Numbered from the stretch's first letter, positions 47,905 to 56,698 are shown. The stretch: DNA of 64,000 bases from Clostridia bacterium (GCA_017461745.1 JAFTXE010000109.1:30822-94821), one strand, 5' to 3'. Program-made: numbers and translations. Notes: a model not told the origin generated them from the letters alone.

Positions 47905-49566
47905 ATGAAAAAAAGTATAAGGATTCTTATATCGGCGTTGATAACGCTCGTGGTCGCGGCAATTGGATATTACGTATATCTTCCCGCACTCAATATTTAC
48001 AGTCAGGAATTTTGGATAGTATTGGCGGTTGTTGCGCTTATTTTCAGCGTGGCTTATTTGCTTCTTGGTGCAAAGGAAAGCGGCAATGTGAAAAAGGCTT
48101 TTTCAGGCTTTAAATCACTTAAAATAGTTATCATTGCCGTTGCAGTTCCGATAGTAGTTTTAATAGTCGGTAATATCATTTCTTCGACGTTTTTGAATGC
48201 CGAAAAGTATGCAAATATTATTGAGGTTGAAGAGGCAGTTTTTGAGGAAGATATGCCTGAGACGGGACTTGTTACCAATATAGCGCTTATGGACAGTGAT
48301 TCTGCCGCGAGAATAGGTGATAGGACGCTTGGCGCTCTTTCTGAGGTTGTTTCACAATATCAGGTTGGAAATAACTATTATCAGATAAACTATAAAGGCA
48401 CGCCGCAGAAGGTAACTAACCTTGAATATGTTGACTTTTTCAAATGGTTTAATAACAAAGACAGCGGAGTTCCGGGACTTGTTATGGTTGACCCCGTAAA
48501 CAGCTCTGCTGAGTATATTGAGCTTGAAACGCCTATGAAGTATGTTGATAGCGCATATTTTGAGGAAGATTTGCACAGAAAACTGAGATTTACCTATCCG
48601 ACTAAGATATTTGGCAATTATTCATTTGAACTCGACGAGGAAGGAAACCCCTATTATATAGTTTCCTGCATGGCTCCTCGAATTGGTCTTTTTGGCGCAA
48701 TGGACGTTGTGGAGGTAGTCGTTTTTGACCCTTGCGACGGTAGTCATGAGCTGTATGCTTTAGAAGACGCTCCATCGTGGATAGATAACGTATTCACGGG
48801 TACTTTGGCTTCGCAGAAGTATGATTGGTACGGCACGCTCAAAAATGGATTTTGGAACAGCATCATAGGAAATAAGGACTGTAAGGTCACGACCGATGAT
48901 TTCGGATATATTGTTATTGGCGACGACGTATGGTTTTTCACAGGAGTTACTTCTGTAAGCAGTGATGAAAGTAACATTGGATTTATTATAAGCAACGCAA
49001 GAACGGGCGAATATAAATTCTATCCCGTAATCGGAGCTGAGGAATATTCAGCTATGAGTGCGGCGGAAGGTGAAGTACAGGAAAAGGGATACGTTGCATC
49101 CTTCCCATCGCTTATTAATGCTGCGGGTGAAGCGACATATATCATGGTTCTTAAGGATAATGCGGGTCTTGTGAAGCTTTATGCTCTCGTTAACGTTGAA
49201 AACTACAGTATAGTTGCTACGGGTACGACGCAAGCTGAAGCAAAGCAAAAGTATATAGAGCTCCTCGAAAACGAGGGAATTATTGAGAAGGAAGATTTGC
49301 CTGAAACCCCCACCGTTCCCGATAACACCGAGAACGCTACGATTACGGTAGATAATATAAGAATGGCTACGGTCGACGGTGAAACTGTTATGTATATCAA
49401 CGGAAACGACGGAAATCTTTACAAGCAAGCGCTTTCCGAGGATGAGACTCTTATGCTTTTGAAGGTTGGTGACAAGATTAATATAGAGTACGCCGATACT
49501 GACGGTAACGATAAAATAAAGAAGCTTGTATCTTGGACTGAGTTTGTCGAAGAATCTGCAACGTAA
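47905..49566 (+). CDS. Hypothetical membrane protein with a large extracytoplasmic domain
   Basis: 553 aa with an AAGGAGG RBS. Three N-terminal TM helices are followed by a ~450-aa soluble region with no motif I can name. Confidence 0.55.
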   Translation: MKKSIRILISALITLVVAAIGYYVYLPALNIYSQEFWIVLAVVALIFSVAYLLLGAKESGNVKKAFSGFKSLKIVIIAVAVPIVVLIVGNIISSTFLNAEKYANIIEVEEAVFEEDMPETGLVTNIALMDSDSAARIGDRTLGALSEVVSQYQVGNNYYQINYKGTPQKVTNLEYVDFFKWFNNKDSGVPGLVMVDPVNSSAEYIELETPMKYVDSAYFEEDLHRKLRFTYPTKIFGNYSFELDEEGNPYYIVSCMAPRIGLFGAMDVVEVVVFDPCDGSHELYALEDAPSWIDNVFTGTLASQKYDWYGTLKNGFWNSIIGNKDCKVTTDDFGYIVIGDDVWFFTGVTSVSSDESNIGFIISNARTGEYKFYPVIGAEEYSAMSAAEGEVQEKGYVASFPSLINAAGEATYIMVLKDNAGLVKLYALVNVENYSIVATGTTQAEAKQKYIELLENEGIIEKEDLPETPTVPDNTENATITVDNIRMATVDGETVMYINGNDGNLYKQALSEDETLMLLKVGDKINIEYADTDGNDKIKKLVSWTEFVEESAT

Positions 49567-49577
49567 AGAGGATTACT

Positions 49578-50246
49578 ATGGATATAAAAGAAATAATGTC
49601 CAAGGTGGATCATACGTTACTTGTTCAAACCGCTACGGAAGCTCAGATAAAAGAAATTTGTGACGATGCGCTCAAATACGGGACAGCATCTGTATGCATA
49701 CCGCCTTGTTATGTAAAATTTGCAAGTGAATATCTCAATGGAAAAATTGCGGTTTGTACGGTAATTGGCTTTCCGAACGGATATAACTCAACTGTGGTAA
49801 AACGCGCAGAGACAGAAACGGCTATTGCGGACGGTGCTGACGAAATAGATATGGTCATCAATATCACGGACGTAAAAAACGGACGCTTTGACCTTGTCCT
49901 TGACGAGATAAAGCAATTAAAAGAAATCTGCAAGGATAAGATTCTTAAGGTTATTATTGAGACCTGCCTGCTTTCCGACGAAGAGAAGATACGTATGTGT
50001 GAAGTAGTTACCGAAGCGCGTGCTGATTATATAAAGACCTCTACGGGCTTCGCTGGCGGTGGGGCTACTTTTGAGGATATTGCTTTATTCGCAAAGTATG
50101 TTGGCGACAACGTTAAAATTAAAGCCGCAGGCGGTATAAAAAGCTTTGACGATGCCGAAAGGTTCATTGAACTCGGTGCATCGAGGCTTGGTACGAGCAG
50201 ACTTGTTTCAATTCTTAAAAATACTGAAACAGAATCAAGCTATTAA
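49578..50246 (+). CDS. deoC: Deoxyribose-phosphate aldolase
   Basis: 222 aa with VDHTLL, EIDMVIN and the Schiff-base Lys region DYIKTSTGF. Confidence 0.92.
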   Translation: MDIKEIMSKVDHTLLVQTATEAQIKEICDDALKYGTASVCIPPCYVKFASEYLNGKIAVCTVIGFPNGYNSTVVKRAETETAIADGADEIDMVINITDVKNGRFDLVLDEIKQLKEICKDKILKVIIETCLLSDEEKIRMCEVVTEARADYIKTSTGFAGGGATFEDIALFAKYVGDNVKIKAAGGIKSFDDAERFIELGASRLGTSRLVSILKNTETESSY

Positions 50247-50249
50247 TAC

Positions 50250-50286
50250 AAATGAGCACTTGGAATTTCCAAGTGCTCATTTTTTC
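50250..50286. terminator. Bidirectional intrinsic terminator between deoC and the convergent DUF1846 gene
   Basis: The 13-bp stem atgagcacttgga / tccaagtgctcat is flanked by an A-run and a T-run. Confidence 0.75.
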
Positions 50287-50288
50287 AA

Positions 50289-51776
50289 TTATTGCTTATG
50301 ATAAAGCTTTTTGGTAGCGTATACAGGCTCGCTTGTAAGGTCAATGCCAAGCTTTTTATAAATGTTTTTGTCAACGTTTGAAAGCATGACGGTTACGTGT
50401 GCTTGACAACCCTTGAGCTTGGGTAACTGATCCATAGCTAATTCGGCGATAGGGCTTGTTGTCGCTGAAATCGCAAGTGCAATCAATACTTCATCCGAAT
50501 GCAAGCGAGGATTGTTGTTTCCTAAGTTTTCAACCTTGAGCTTCTGTAGTGGCTCCATAAGGACCGCGGGGAGCAAGAGCATAGAATCGTCAATTCCGCC
50601 GAGATATTTAAGTGCGTTCAACAAGGCTGCGGCAGACGCTCCCATTAACTTAGACGTTTTACCTGTAACTATCTTTCCGTCGTTAAGTTCAATTGCCGCG
50701 GCAGGCTCGCCCGTTTCTGCGGCTTTATCCAAAGAAGCCTTTACAACACGTCTAAAGGATGTGTCAACGCCGACTTTGCTCATTATAAGCTCGCTCTTAT
50801 ATATCTCATCAGCATCGGCAGAGCCATTGCGCTTTTGACAAAGAACGTCGTAGTATCTTCTGACTATCTCCATCTTTGAAGCTCGGCAAACCTCTTCATC
50901 GTCTATAATGCAGAAGCCTGCCATATTAACACCCATATCTGTAGGAGATTTATACGTGCATTCTCCGTAGATTTGCTTGAATATAGCTTGAAGAACGGGG
51001 AATATTTCAATGTCTCGATTGTAGTTTACCGCTGTAGTTCCCGTTGCTTCAAGATGGTAGGGGTCTATCATGTTTACGTCGTTAAGGTCAACAGTTGCCG
51101 CCTCATACGCCATGTTAACGGGATGCTTGAGAGGAAGATTCCAAATAGGGAAGGTCTCGAATTTCGCATATCCAGCCTTAATTCCGCGTTTGTGGTCATG
51201 ATATAGCTGAGACAGACACGTTGCCATTTTTCCGCTTCCCGGACCTGGGGCGGTAACTACGACGAGAGGCTTTGTAGTCTGAATATATTCATTTTTGCCG
51301 TATCCCTCGTCACTTACGATTTTTTTGACGTTTGTGGGATATCCTTCTATTGTATAATGACGGTATACCTTGACGCCGAGATTATTCAGACGCTTAATAA
51401 ATGCGTCTGCGGCAGGCTGATTGGAATATTGCGTTATAACAACTCCACCAACGTACATACCCGCCTCAGTAAAGGCGTCAATAAGACGGAGCGTATCCAT
51501 ATCGTAAGTTATACCAAGGTCACCGCGAATTTTGTTTTGCTCAATGGAGGTTGCGGAAACGACTATTATCATTTCAGCATTTTCCTTCATGCTGAGAAGC
51601 ATTCTTATTTTACTGTCAGGGCAGAATCCGGGCAAAACTCTTGCGGCGTGGAAATCATCAAAAAGCTTTCCACCAAACTCAAGATACAGCTTCCCGCCAA
51701 AGCTTGATATTCTCTCAAGGATTTTTTGAGATTGAAGCTCTATATATTTGTTATTATCAAAACCAATACCGTTCAT
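50289..51776 (-). CDS. DUF1846 / UPF0371 family protein
   Basis: 495 aa. The N-terminus GFDNNKYIELQSQKILERI...GGKLYLEFGGKLFDDFHAARVLPGF matches my recollection of the UPF0371 family. The function is unknown. Confidence 0.7.
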   Translation of the reverse strand: MNGIGFDNNKYIELQSQKILERISSFGGKLYLEFGGKLFDDFHAARVLPGFCPDSKIRMLLSMKENAEMIIVVSATSIEQNKIRGDLGITYDMDTLRLIDAFTEAGMYVGGVVITQYSNQPAADAFIKRLNNLGVKVYRHYTIEGYPTNVKKIVSDEGYGKNEYIQTTKPLVVVTAPGPGSGKMATCLSQLYHDHKRGIKAGYAKFETFPIWNLPLKHPVNMAYEAATVDLNDVNMIDPYHLEATGTTAVNYNRDIEIFPVLQAIFKQIYGECTYKSPTDMGVNMAGFCIIDDEEVCRASKMEIVRRYYDVLCQKRNGSADADEIYKSELIMSKVGVDTSFRRVVKASLDKAAETGEPAAAIELNDGKIVTGKTSKLMGASAAALLNALKYLGGIDDSMLLLPAVLMEPLQKLKVENLGNNNPRLHSDEVLIALAISATTSPIAELAMDQLPKLKGCQAHVTVMLSNVDKNIYKKLGIDLTSEPVYATKKLYHKQ

Positions 51777-51986
51777 CAGAAACCTCTCAAAGAAAAAAAT
51801 ACTACTCTTATATTTTAATACATTTTCCGATTTTTTTCAAGTGGTAAATACAAATATTTTTATTATTTAAAATTATTTAAAAAATTCTCCCTAAAATATG
51901 GCTTTTGCTAATGTCAAAAAAAGGATTTCCGCATAAGATGTTAGGGAAGAGCTATTGCTCAAACTATTATTTCAGGAGGAAACGAT

Positions 51987-52820
51987 ATGTCTGAAAACAG
52001 ATTTCCGTGTTCATCGCAGGACAGAGGAAAAAACGAGACTGTCTGCATAGATACAAATCGTGTGTTGGATTCCTGTCGTGACAGAGACTGCTTCGAGGAT
52101 GTGAAGGTTTTGCTTACCAACTTTGGTAACGATATCTTGGAACACACGACGAATATCAGAGCAAAAAGCGCGCATATTGCGTGGACGCAGATTTGTATTG
52201 ACCCCATTAAGTTTAACCGCGGATTTTATTCTGTAAATATCAAATTTTACGTCAAGCTTTGCTTTGAAGCATGCCTTTGCGGTGGCAGAACTCAGGAATT
52301 TGAAGGTATAGCCGTACTTGAAAAGAGAGTTATACTTTACGGAAGCGAAAGCAACGTAAGCATTTTTAAGAGTAGCGGAGACTGCTCCGATTTCTGTTCG
52401 ACTCCCGAGCCTTGCCATAGCAGTAAAAATGTTCCGATGGCTGTTGTAGAAGTTGTTGAGCCAATTATACTTAACGCCAAGGTAAGAGAAGCAGAAGACC
52501 CTTGCTGTTGCTGCTGTTGCTGCTGCGGAGATATTCCAGAGGGAATAGTATGTGGTTTCGGTGACAATCTCAGTGATAGTAACGGAAGATATCTTACGGT
52601 ATCTCTCGGTATATTCTCAGTTGTAAGAATAGTCAGACCTGCGCAGTATATTATTAACGCAACGGAATACTGTGTTCCCGATAAGATATGTATTTCCGCA
52701 GAGGACGATAATCCTTGCGCAGTATTTCGCTCCATGGCATTCCCGACATCAGAGTTTTGTCCCCCCGACTTTACCCCACCTCATAACGATAAGCACGGAA
52801 AGTGCGGTTGCGGTAACTGA
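51987..52820 (+). CDS. Cysteine-rich hypothetical protein with an octa-cysteine run
   Basis: 277 aa with an AGGAGG RBS. By my count 26 residues are Cys, including CCCCCCCC (aa 173-180, nt 52503-52526). The N-terminus carries VCIDTNRVLDSCRDRDC and the C-terminus KCGCGN. A strong terminator follows. Confidence 0.7.
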   Translation: MSENRFPCSSQDRGKNETVCIDTNRVLDSCRDRDCFEDVKVLLTNFGNDILEHTTNIRAKSAHIAWTQICIDPIKFNRGFYSVNIKFYVKLCFEACLCGGRTQEFEGIAVLEKRVILYGSESNVSIFKSSGDCSDFCSTPEPCHSSKNVPMAVVEVVEPIILNAKVREAEDPCCCCCCCCGDIPEGIVCGFGDNLSDSNGRYLTVSLGIFSVVRIVRPAQYIINATEYCVPDKICISAEDDNPCAVFRSMAFPTSEFCPPDFTPPHNDKHGKCGCGN

Positions 52821-52836
52821 AAAACAAATAAATTCT

Positions 52837-52880
52837 TGCGGTAAGGAGTTTTCCTTACCGCATTTTATATTTTTTTATTT
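52837..52880 (+). terminator. Intrinsic terminator of the Cys-rich gene
   Basis: The stem tgcggtaagga / tccttaccgca has a gttt loop. A long T-rich tract (ttttatatttttttattttt) follows. Confidence 0.8.
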
Positions 52881-52886
52881 TTAGTA

Positions 52887-52922
52887 TTGACATTGACGTA
52901 GCGTCAAGTGGTATGATATAAT
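52887..52922 (+). promoter_or_regulatory. MerR-type promoter with a long spacer and an embedded dyad operator
   Basis: TTGACA (52887-52892), 19-nt spacer containing the perfect dyad TTGACG-TAG-CGTCAA (52893-52907), then extended -10 TGgTATGAT (52909-52917). An alternative reading is TTGACG-18-TATAAT (52917-52922). Confidence 0.6.
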
Positions 52923-52938
52923 ATAGAGGGGTGAAAAC

Positions 52939-53634
52939 ATGGATAAAAATCTTCTTTACGATATTTCTGATGTTTGTAGGATGCTTGATACCACTTCCAG
53001 AACTTTACGGTTTTACGAGAAAAAAGGAATAATTAAAAGCACAATTATACCATTTTCAACAAGGCGCAAATATACCAAAGAGCAAATAGATAACATAAAA
53101 AATGTGCTTGTATTGAGAAAATTGGGATTATCGGTAAAAGCAATATCGGAGCTTCAACAAAAAAATACAGATTTGCGAAATGCACTGCTTTTAAAAAGAG
53201 CGGAGATATGGTCGTTAATTGATACTAAGGAAGGTGAAGTTAACCTTATTAATCAGGCAATTGCATTTATAGATGAGAATGAAAATATTTTCGCACAGGA
53301 TTTTAACACTGTTTTTAGAGGTAATGATATAACAAGAGAGGCGATAATAAGAGAGTGTAATCATTCTATTATTACCGGTGATAGTGAAGTATTATATAAA
53401 TTTTTAAGCGAAAAAATGAAAGCATTTATGCCGCCAAACGTCTTTGAAAGCGTCAGAAAAGATACTTTATTGCCTCTTGGAAAATTTATATCTGTTGAAA
53501 ATTTAGAATATGATAAAAAACACGCAAACATTATTTATCAATATATAAAGTATGAAAAGCTTGGACTTAAAGTTAAATATATTTTTTATGGCGATATCAT
53601 TCATGGATTGTGGTTCGAATATTATAAATTATAA
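52939..53634 (+). CDS. MerR-family transcriptional regulator with a ~130-aa C-terminal effector-type domain
   Basis: 231 aa with the N-terminal MerR wHTH YDISDVCRMLDTTSRTLRFYEKKGIIKS...RKYTKEQIDNIKNVLVLRKLGLSVKAISEL. A coiled-coil linker follows, then a C-terminal domain of uncertain family. The coding sequence is AT-rich. Confidence 0.8.
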   Translation: MDKNLLYDISDVCRMLDTTSRTLRFYEKKGIIKSTIIPFSTRRKYTKEQIDNIKNVLVLRKLGLSVKAISELQQKNTDLRNALLLKRAEIWSLIDTKEGEVNLINQAIAFIDENENIFAQDFNTVFRGNDITREAIIRECNHSIITGDSEVLYKFLSEKMKAFMPPNVFESVRKDTLLPLGKFISVENLEYDKKHANIIYQYIKYEKLGLKVKYIFYGDIIHGLWFEYYKL

Positions 53635-53649
53635 GGAGTAATAAACATT

Positions 53650-53964
53650 ATGAAAAAAATATACTTTTCTTTATTGCTACTAATTTCTCTATTTTCGCTT
53701 ACATCTTGTAAAATTAATTGGTTTGGCGCAAGTTACACTGTTCATTGGTTAGTTATTTTTATTCCCGTTTTAGTAATATTGTTGGTTTCTCATATATGGA
53801 TTATTACACGTAAATATAAATGTCCAAAGTGTAATAATTTTTTCAAGCCTCGTTGGTATGAAATTTCAGCATGGCTTCATTACGGAAATAAACGTCTTGT
53901 AAAATGTAAAAAATGCGGATATAAGGGCTTTTGTCCAACAAGAAATAAAGGGGAAAACATATGA
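53650..53964 (+). CDS. Small membrane/lipoprotein with a C-terminal zinc ribbon
   Basis: 104 aa. A lipobox-like signal is present (LLLLISLFSLTSC). A TM helix follows (WLVIFIPVLVILLVSHIWII). The protein ends with CPKC-x22-CKKC. Confidence 0.55.
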   Translation: MKKIYFSLLLLISLFSLTSCKINWFGASYTVHWLVIFIPVLVILLVSHIWIITRKYKCPKCNNFFKPRWYEISAWLHYGNKRLVKCKKCGYKGFCPTRNKGENI

Positions 53965-54413
53965 AGTGGGCTATATATTACATAACGATGATAATATTGA
54001 ATATACTTGCGACAGTAATATTTTTTGAATACATCAATATTACAGCTATATCAATAGTACCAATTTTTATTTTAATACTTATGTTGTTTCAAGCTTTTTT
54101 GTTTTACAATAGTAAAGAAAATGAATTTAACACTACATATTCTGTGCGTTCGGAATTAAACCAAACGGAAGAAAATACTTTGTTCTATTACAATGCTAAT
54201 TCGATGTTAATTTGTGTACCTTTGTTATTGCCGTTTATATTATTTTTCTCAAGTGGGATTAAATTTATTTGTCTTATAATATACTTACTTGGGTATTCAG
54301 GGGCATTAGTTTTTCGCATAAAAAATAAAGACAAGCTAAATAACAGAATACATTCCGAAGAGAACGAATTAAAAATACAACAATCAAAAGAAGAACTTGG
54401 CAAATGGAAATAA
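53961..54413 (+). CDS. Small polytopic membrane protein (about 4 TM)
   Basis: 150 aa. The start overlaps the upstream stop (ATGA), indicating translational coupling. It has four hydrophobic segments and a charged C-terminal tail. Confidence 0.5.
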   Translation: MKWAIYYITMIILNILATVIFFEYINITAISIVPIFILILMLFQAFLFYNSKENEFNTTYSVRSELNQTEENTLFYYNANSMLICVPLLLPFILFFSSGIKFICLIIYLLGYSGALVFRIKNKDKLNNRIHSEENELKIQQSKEELGKWK

Positions 54414-54530
54414 AAGGGCAGTATTAAATATCATAATAAGACATTTGATACGGTTCTTGTAAAACCGCTTGATTTTACTCTCATGGTTTTATGGTTTACT
54501 CGTTGTTTAATGCTAATTATTTGTGATCAA

Positions 54531-54555
54531 TACCTTTGGGTAAAGAACATCCGCT
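54531..54555 (+). repeat. 25-nt direct repeat, copy 1 (tacctttGggtaaagaacatccgct); copy 2 lies at 54769-54793
   Basis: The two copies differ at one position. Each contains the mini-hairpin TACC-TTTS-GGTA. Confidence 0.8.
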
Positions 54556-54583
54556 TTTTTTGAGCGGCTAAGTTATATAATTA

Positions 54584-54612
54584 TTGACAAGAAAATCCAA
54601 ATATGATATAAT
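54584..54612 (+). promoter_or_regulatory. Orphan consensus sigma-A promoter in a 405-bp AT-rich intergenic region
   Basis: TTGACA (54584-54589), 17-nt spacer, extended -10 TGaTATAAT (54604-54612). No annotated gene lies downstream on the + strand before the tkt terminator. Confidence 0.55.
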
Positions 54613-54718
54613 GTAAATATAAAATAAGATTATCGAGGTAGTATGATAGTTGCGAACTTTTTGATACAGATATGAAATTGGTAGCAAAAATAAAGTTTAT
54701 AACAGATATTAGCTCAAA

Positions 54719-54749
54719 TTGACAATCTTTCTAAATTTAATTATATAAT
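54719..54749 (+). promoter_or_regulatory. Second orphan promoter-like element
   Basis: TTGACA (54719-54724), then either a 17-nt spacer to TATATA (54742-54747) or a 19-nt spacer to TATAAT (54744-54749). It sits immediately upstream of the hairpin at 54755-54794. Confidence 0.4.
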
Positions 54750-54754
54750 AAAGT

Positions 54755-54794
54755 AAGCGGATGCTCACTACCTTTCGGTAAAGAACATCCGCTT
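54755..54794. terminator. Hairpin terminator downstream of the transketolase operon (minus strand), and also the 3' end of any + strand orphan transcript
   Basis: AAGCGGATG (54755-54763) pairs with CATCCGCTT (54786-54794), with the inner stem TACC/GGTA. Both flanks are A/T-rich. Confidence 0.6.
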
Positions 54795-54818
54795 ATTATT
54801 TGTTACTATTTTAATGTT

Positions 54819-55763
54819 TTAATGTGACTTGAGAGCCACAGCCGCCTTTGCCTTTGCCACAAGATTTTCTACGGTAAGACCGTACATCTCAAGCAGGGGA
54901 GGGACCTTACCGGAATGACCGAACTTGTCTTCAACACCCATACGAACGACGGGTACGGGGCAACCCTCGCAAACAACCTCTGCAACGGCAGAGCCAAGTC
55001 CGCCTATGATGCTGTGCTCCTCAGCGGTAACGATAGCGCCCGTGTAGCGAGCCGCGTCAAGAATGATATCCTTGTCAATAGGCTTAATGGTTGCAATGTT
55101 TACAACGCGCGCGCTGATACCTTCGTTTGCGAGTATTTTTGCGGCGTCAAGTGCCATGCTGACCATCATACCCGTAGCAACGATGGTAACGTCCTTGCCG
55201 TCGAGCATATTTACACCCTTGCCAATCTCAAAGTTGTAGGTATCTTTATCGTATATAACGGGAACTGCATATCTTCCAAATCTGATGTAAACAGGTCCAA
55301 CGTAGTTAATAGCCGCCTCAACAGCCGCTCTTGCCTCGGTAGCGTCAGCGGGGTTGATAACTACCATACCGGGAATAGCTCTCATAAGAGCGAAATCTTC
55401 AATACACTGGTGAGTAGCGCCATCCTCTCCAACGGTAATACCCGCGTGAGTAGCGCCAATCTTTACGTTGAGGTGAGGGTAGCCGATGCAGTTTCTTACC
55501 TGCTCGTAGGCTCTTCCTGCGGCAAACATAGCGAAGGAAGAAGCAAATACAACCTTTCCCGCCGCCGCAAGTCCTGCCGCAACACTCATCATGTTGCCCT
55601 CGGCAATTCCGCAATCGAAAAATCTCTCGGGGAACTTCTTCTTAAAAATACCCGTCTTGGTAGCAGCCGCAAGGTCTGCGTCAAGAACTACAAAATCATA
55701 CTTATCGCCAAATTCGGCAAGAGCGTTACCGTAGGCTTCTCTTGTTGCAATCTTATCTGCCAT
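54819..55763 (-). CDS. Transketolase, C-terminal (pyrimidine-binding) subunit
   Basis: 314 aa with ATREAYG, FFDCGIAEGNM and GATHQCIED motifs. It is paired with the N-terminal subunit gene 14 nt upstream. Confidence 0.92.
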   Translation of the reverse strand: MADKIATREAYGNALAEFGDKYDFVVLDADLAAATKTGIFKKKFPERFFDCGIAEGNMMSVAAGLAAAGKVVFASSFAMFAAGRAYEQVRNCIGYPHLNVKIGATHAGITVGEDGATHQCIEDFALMRAIPGMVVINPADATEARAAVEAAINYVGPVYIRFGRYAVPVIYDKDTYNFEIGKGVNMLDGKDVTIVATGMMVSMALDAAKILANEGISARVVNIATIKPIDKDIILDAARYTGAIVTAEEHSIIGGLGSAVAEVVCEGCPVPVVRMGVEDKFGHSGKVPPLLEMYGLTVENLVAKAKAAVALKSH

Positions 55764-55777
55764 AAATCTGCTCCTCC

Positions 55778-56605
55778 TTACATCGTTGCCTTGATTTCGG
55801 CTACACCCTGTGCATACTGCTCGTCGTTGGGAGCAGAGCCATGCCAGCCAACTTGATTTTCCATATAGGAAACACCCTTACCTTTAACGGTCTTTGCGAT
55901 GATTACGGTAGGCTTGCCCTTAACAGACTTTGCCTCGGCAAAAGCCGCTTCAATAGCATCGAAATCGTGACCGTCAATGGAAATAACGTGGAAGCCAAAC
56001 GCCTCAAACTTTTTATCGTGAGGGGTTGGGTTCATAACTTCGGTAACAGGACCGTCGATCTGCAATCCGTTCCAGTCGAGGATAACGCAGAGGTTATCCA
56101 GCTTGTAGTGAGCCGCAAACATAGCAGCCTCCCAAACCTGACCTTCTTCACTCTCGCCGTCACCTACGATAGTATAAGTACGATAGTCCTTGCCGTCTAT
56201 CTTAGCCGCAAGAGCCATTCCACAAGCGGTGGAGAAGCCAAGACCGAGAGAGCCTGTAGACATATCAATGCCTGCCGTACCCTTCATATCGGGGTGACCC
56301 TGAAGGAAGGAGTCGACGTGACGGAGCTTGCAAAGCTCGTCCTTGGAGAAGAATCCCTTTTCGGCAAGAGCCGCATAAAGAGCGGGAGCGGTGTGTCCCT
56401 TGGAGAGAACGAATCTGTCTCTGTCTGCCCACTTGGGATTAGCGGGGTCAACGTTCATTTCCTCAAAATAGAGGTAAGTGATGATCTCCGCGATAGAAAG
56501 AGAACCGCCTGGGTGACCTGAACTTGCCGCGTGGACTTCCTCGAGAATATCGAGACGAATCTGAGCGGCGGTTTTTTTCAGCGAATTAAGTTTTGCCTGT
56601 TCCAT
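55778..56605 (-). CDS. Transketolase, N-terminal (TPP-binding) subunit
   Basis: 275 aa counted from the internal ATG (MEQAKLNSL). SGHPGGSLS, LSKGH and GDGESEEGQVWEA motifs are present. Confidence 0.9.
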   Translation of the reverse strand: MEQAKLNSLKKTAAQIRLDILEEVHAASSGHPGGSLSIAEIITYLYFEEMNVDPANPKWADRDRFVLSKGHTAPALYAALAEKGFFSKDELCKLRHVDSFLQGHPDMKGTAGIDMSTGSLGLGFSTACGMALAAKIDGKDYRTYTIVGDGESEEGQVWEAAMFAAHYKLDNLCVILDWNGLQIDGPVTEVMNPTPHDKKFEAFGFHVISIDGHDFDAIEAAFAEAKSVKGKPTVIIAKTVKGKGVSYMENQVGWHGSAPNDEQYAQGVAEIKATM

Positions 56606-56698
56606 TGAATGAACCAACCTTTCTTTTGTCAATATGAACAATATATACTATTATATAATATTTTGCGCTATAAGTCAATAAGCAAACGACTTTTTGTC

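Noticed and set aside
51900-51986. A possible mother-cell sporulation (sigma-E/sigma-K type) promoter upstream of the Cys-rich gene, based on CATAagaT at 51932-51939.
   Set aside because: Only a -10-like CATA-N3-T is present. I could not find a convincing -35 (AC or ATA-type) at the right spacing. The call is too weak to list as a feature and is left as a hypothesis to test by expression data.
52337-52735. An antisense ORF encoding a poly-glutamine run (QQQQQQQQ) opposite the Cys-rich gene.
   Set aside because: The poly-Q run is simply an out-of-frame reverse-complement reading of the TGC/TGT run. The sense gene has the RBS and terminator; the antisense ORF has neither.
54531-54793. A direct 25-nt repeat pair, considered as a possible CRISPR remnant or att sites of an integrated element.
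   Set aside because: There are only two copies, 238 bp apart. The spacing is not array-like, and there are no cas genes and no integrase. The copies are parts of hairpins and are reported instead as a structured-repeat observation.
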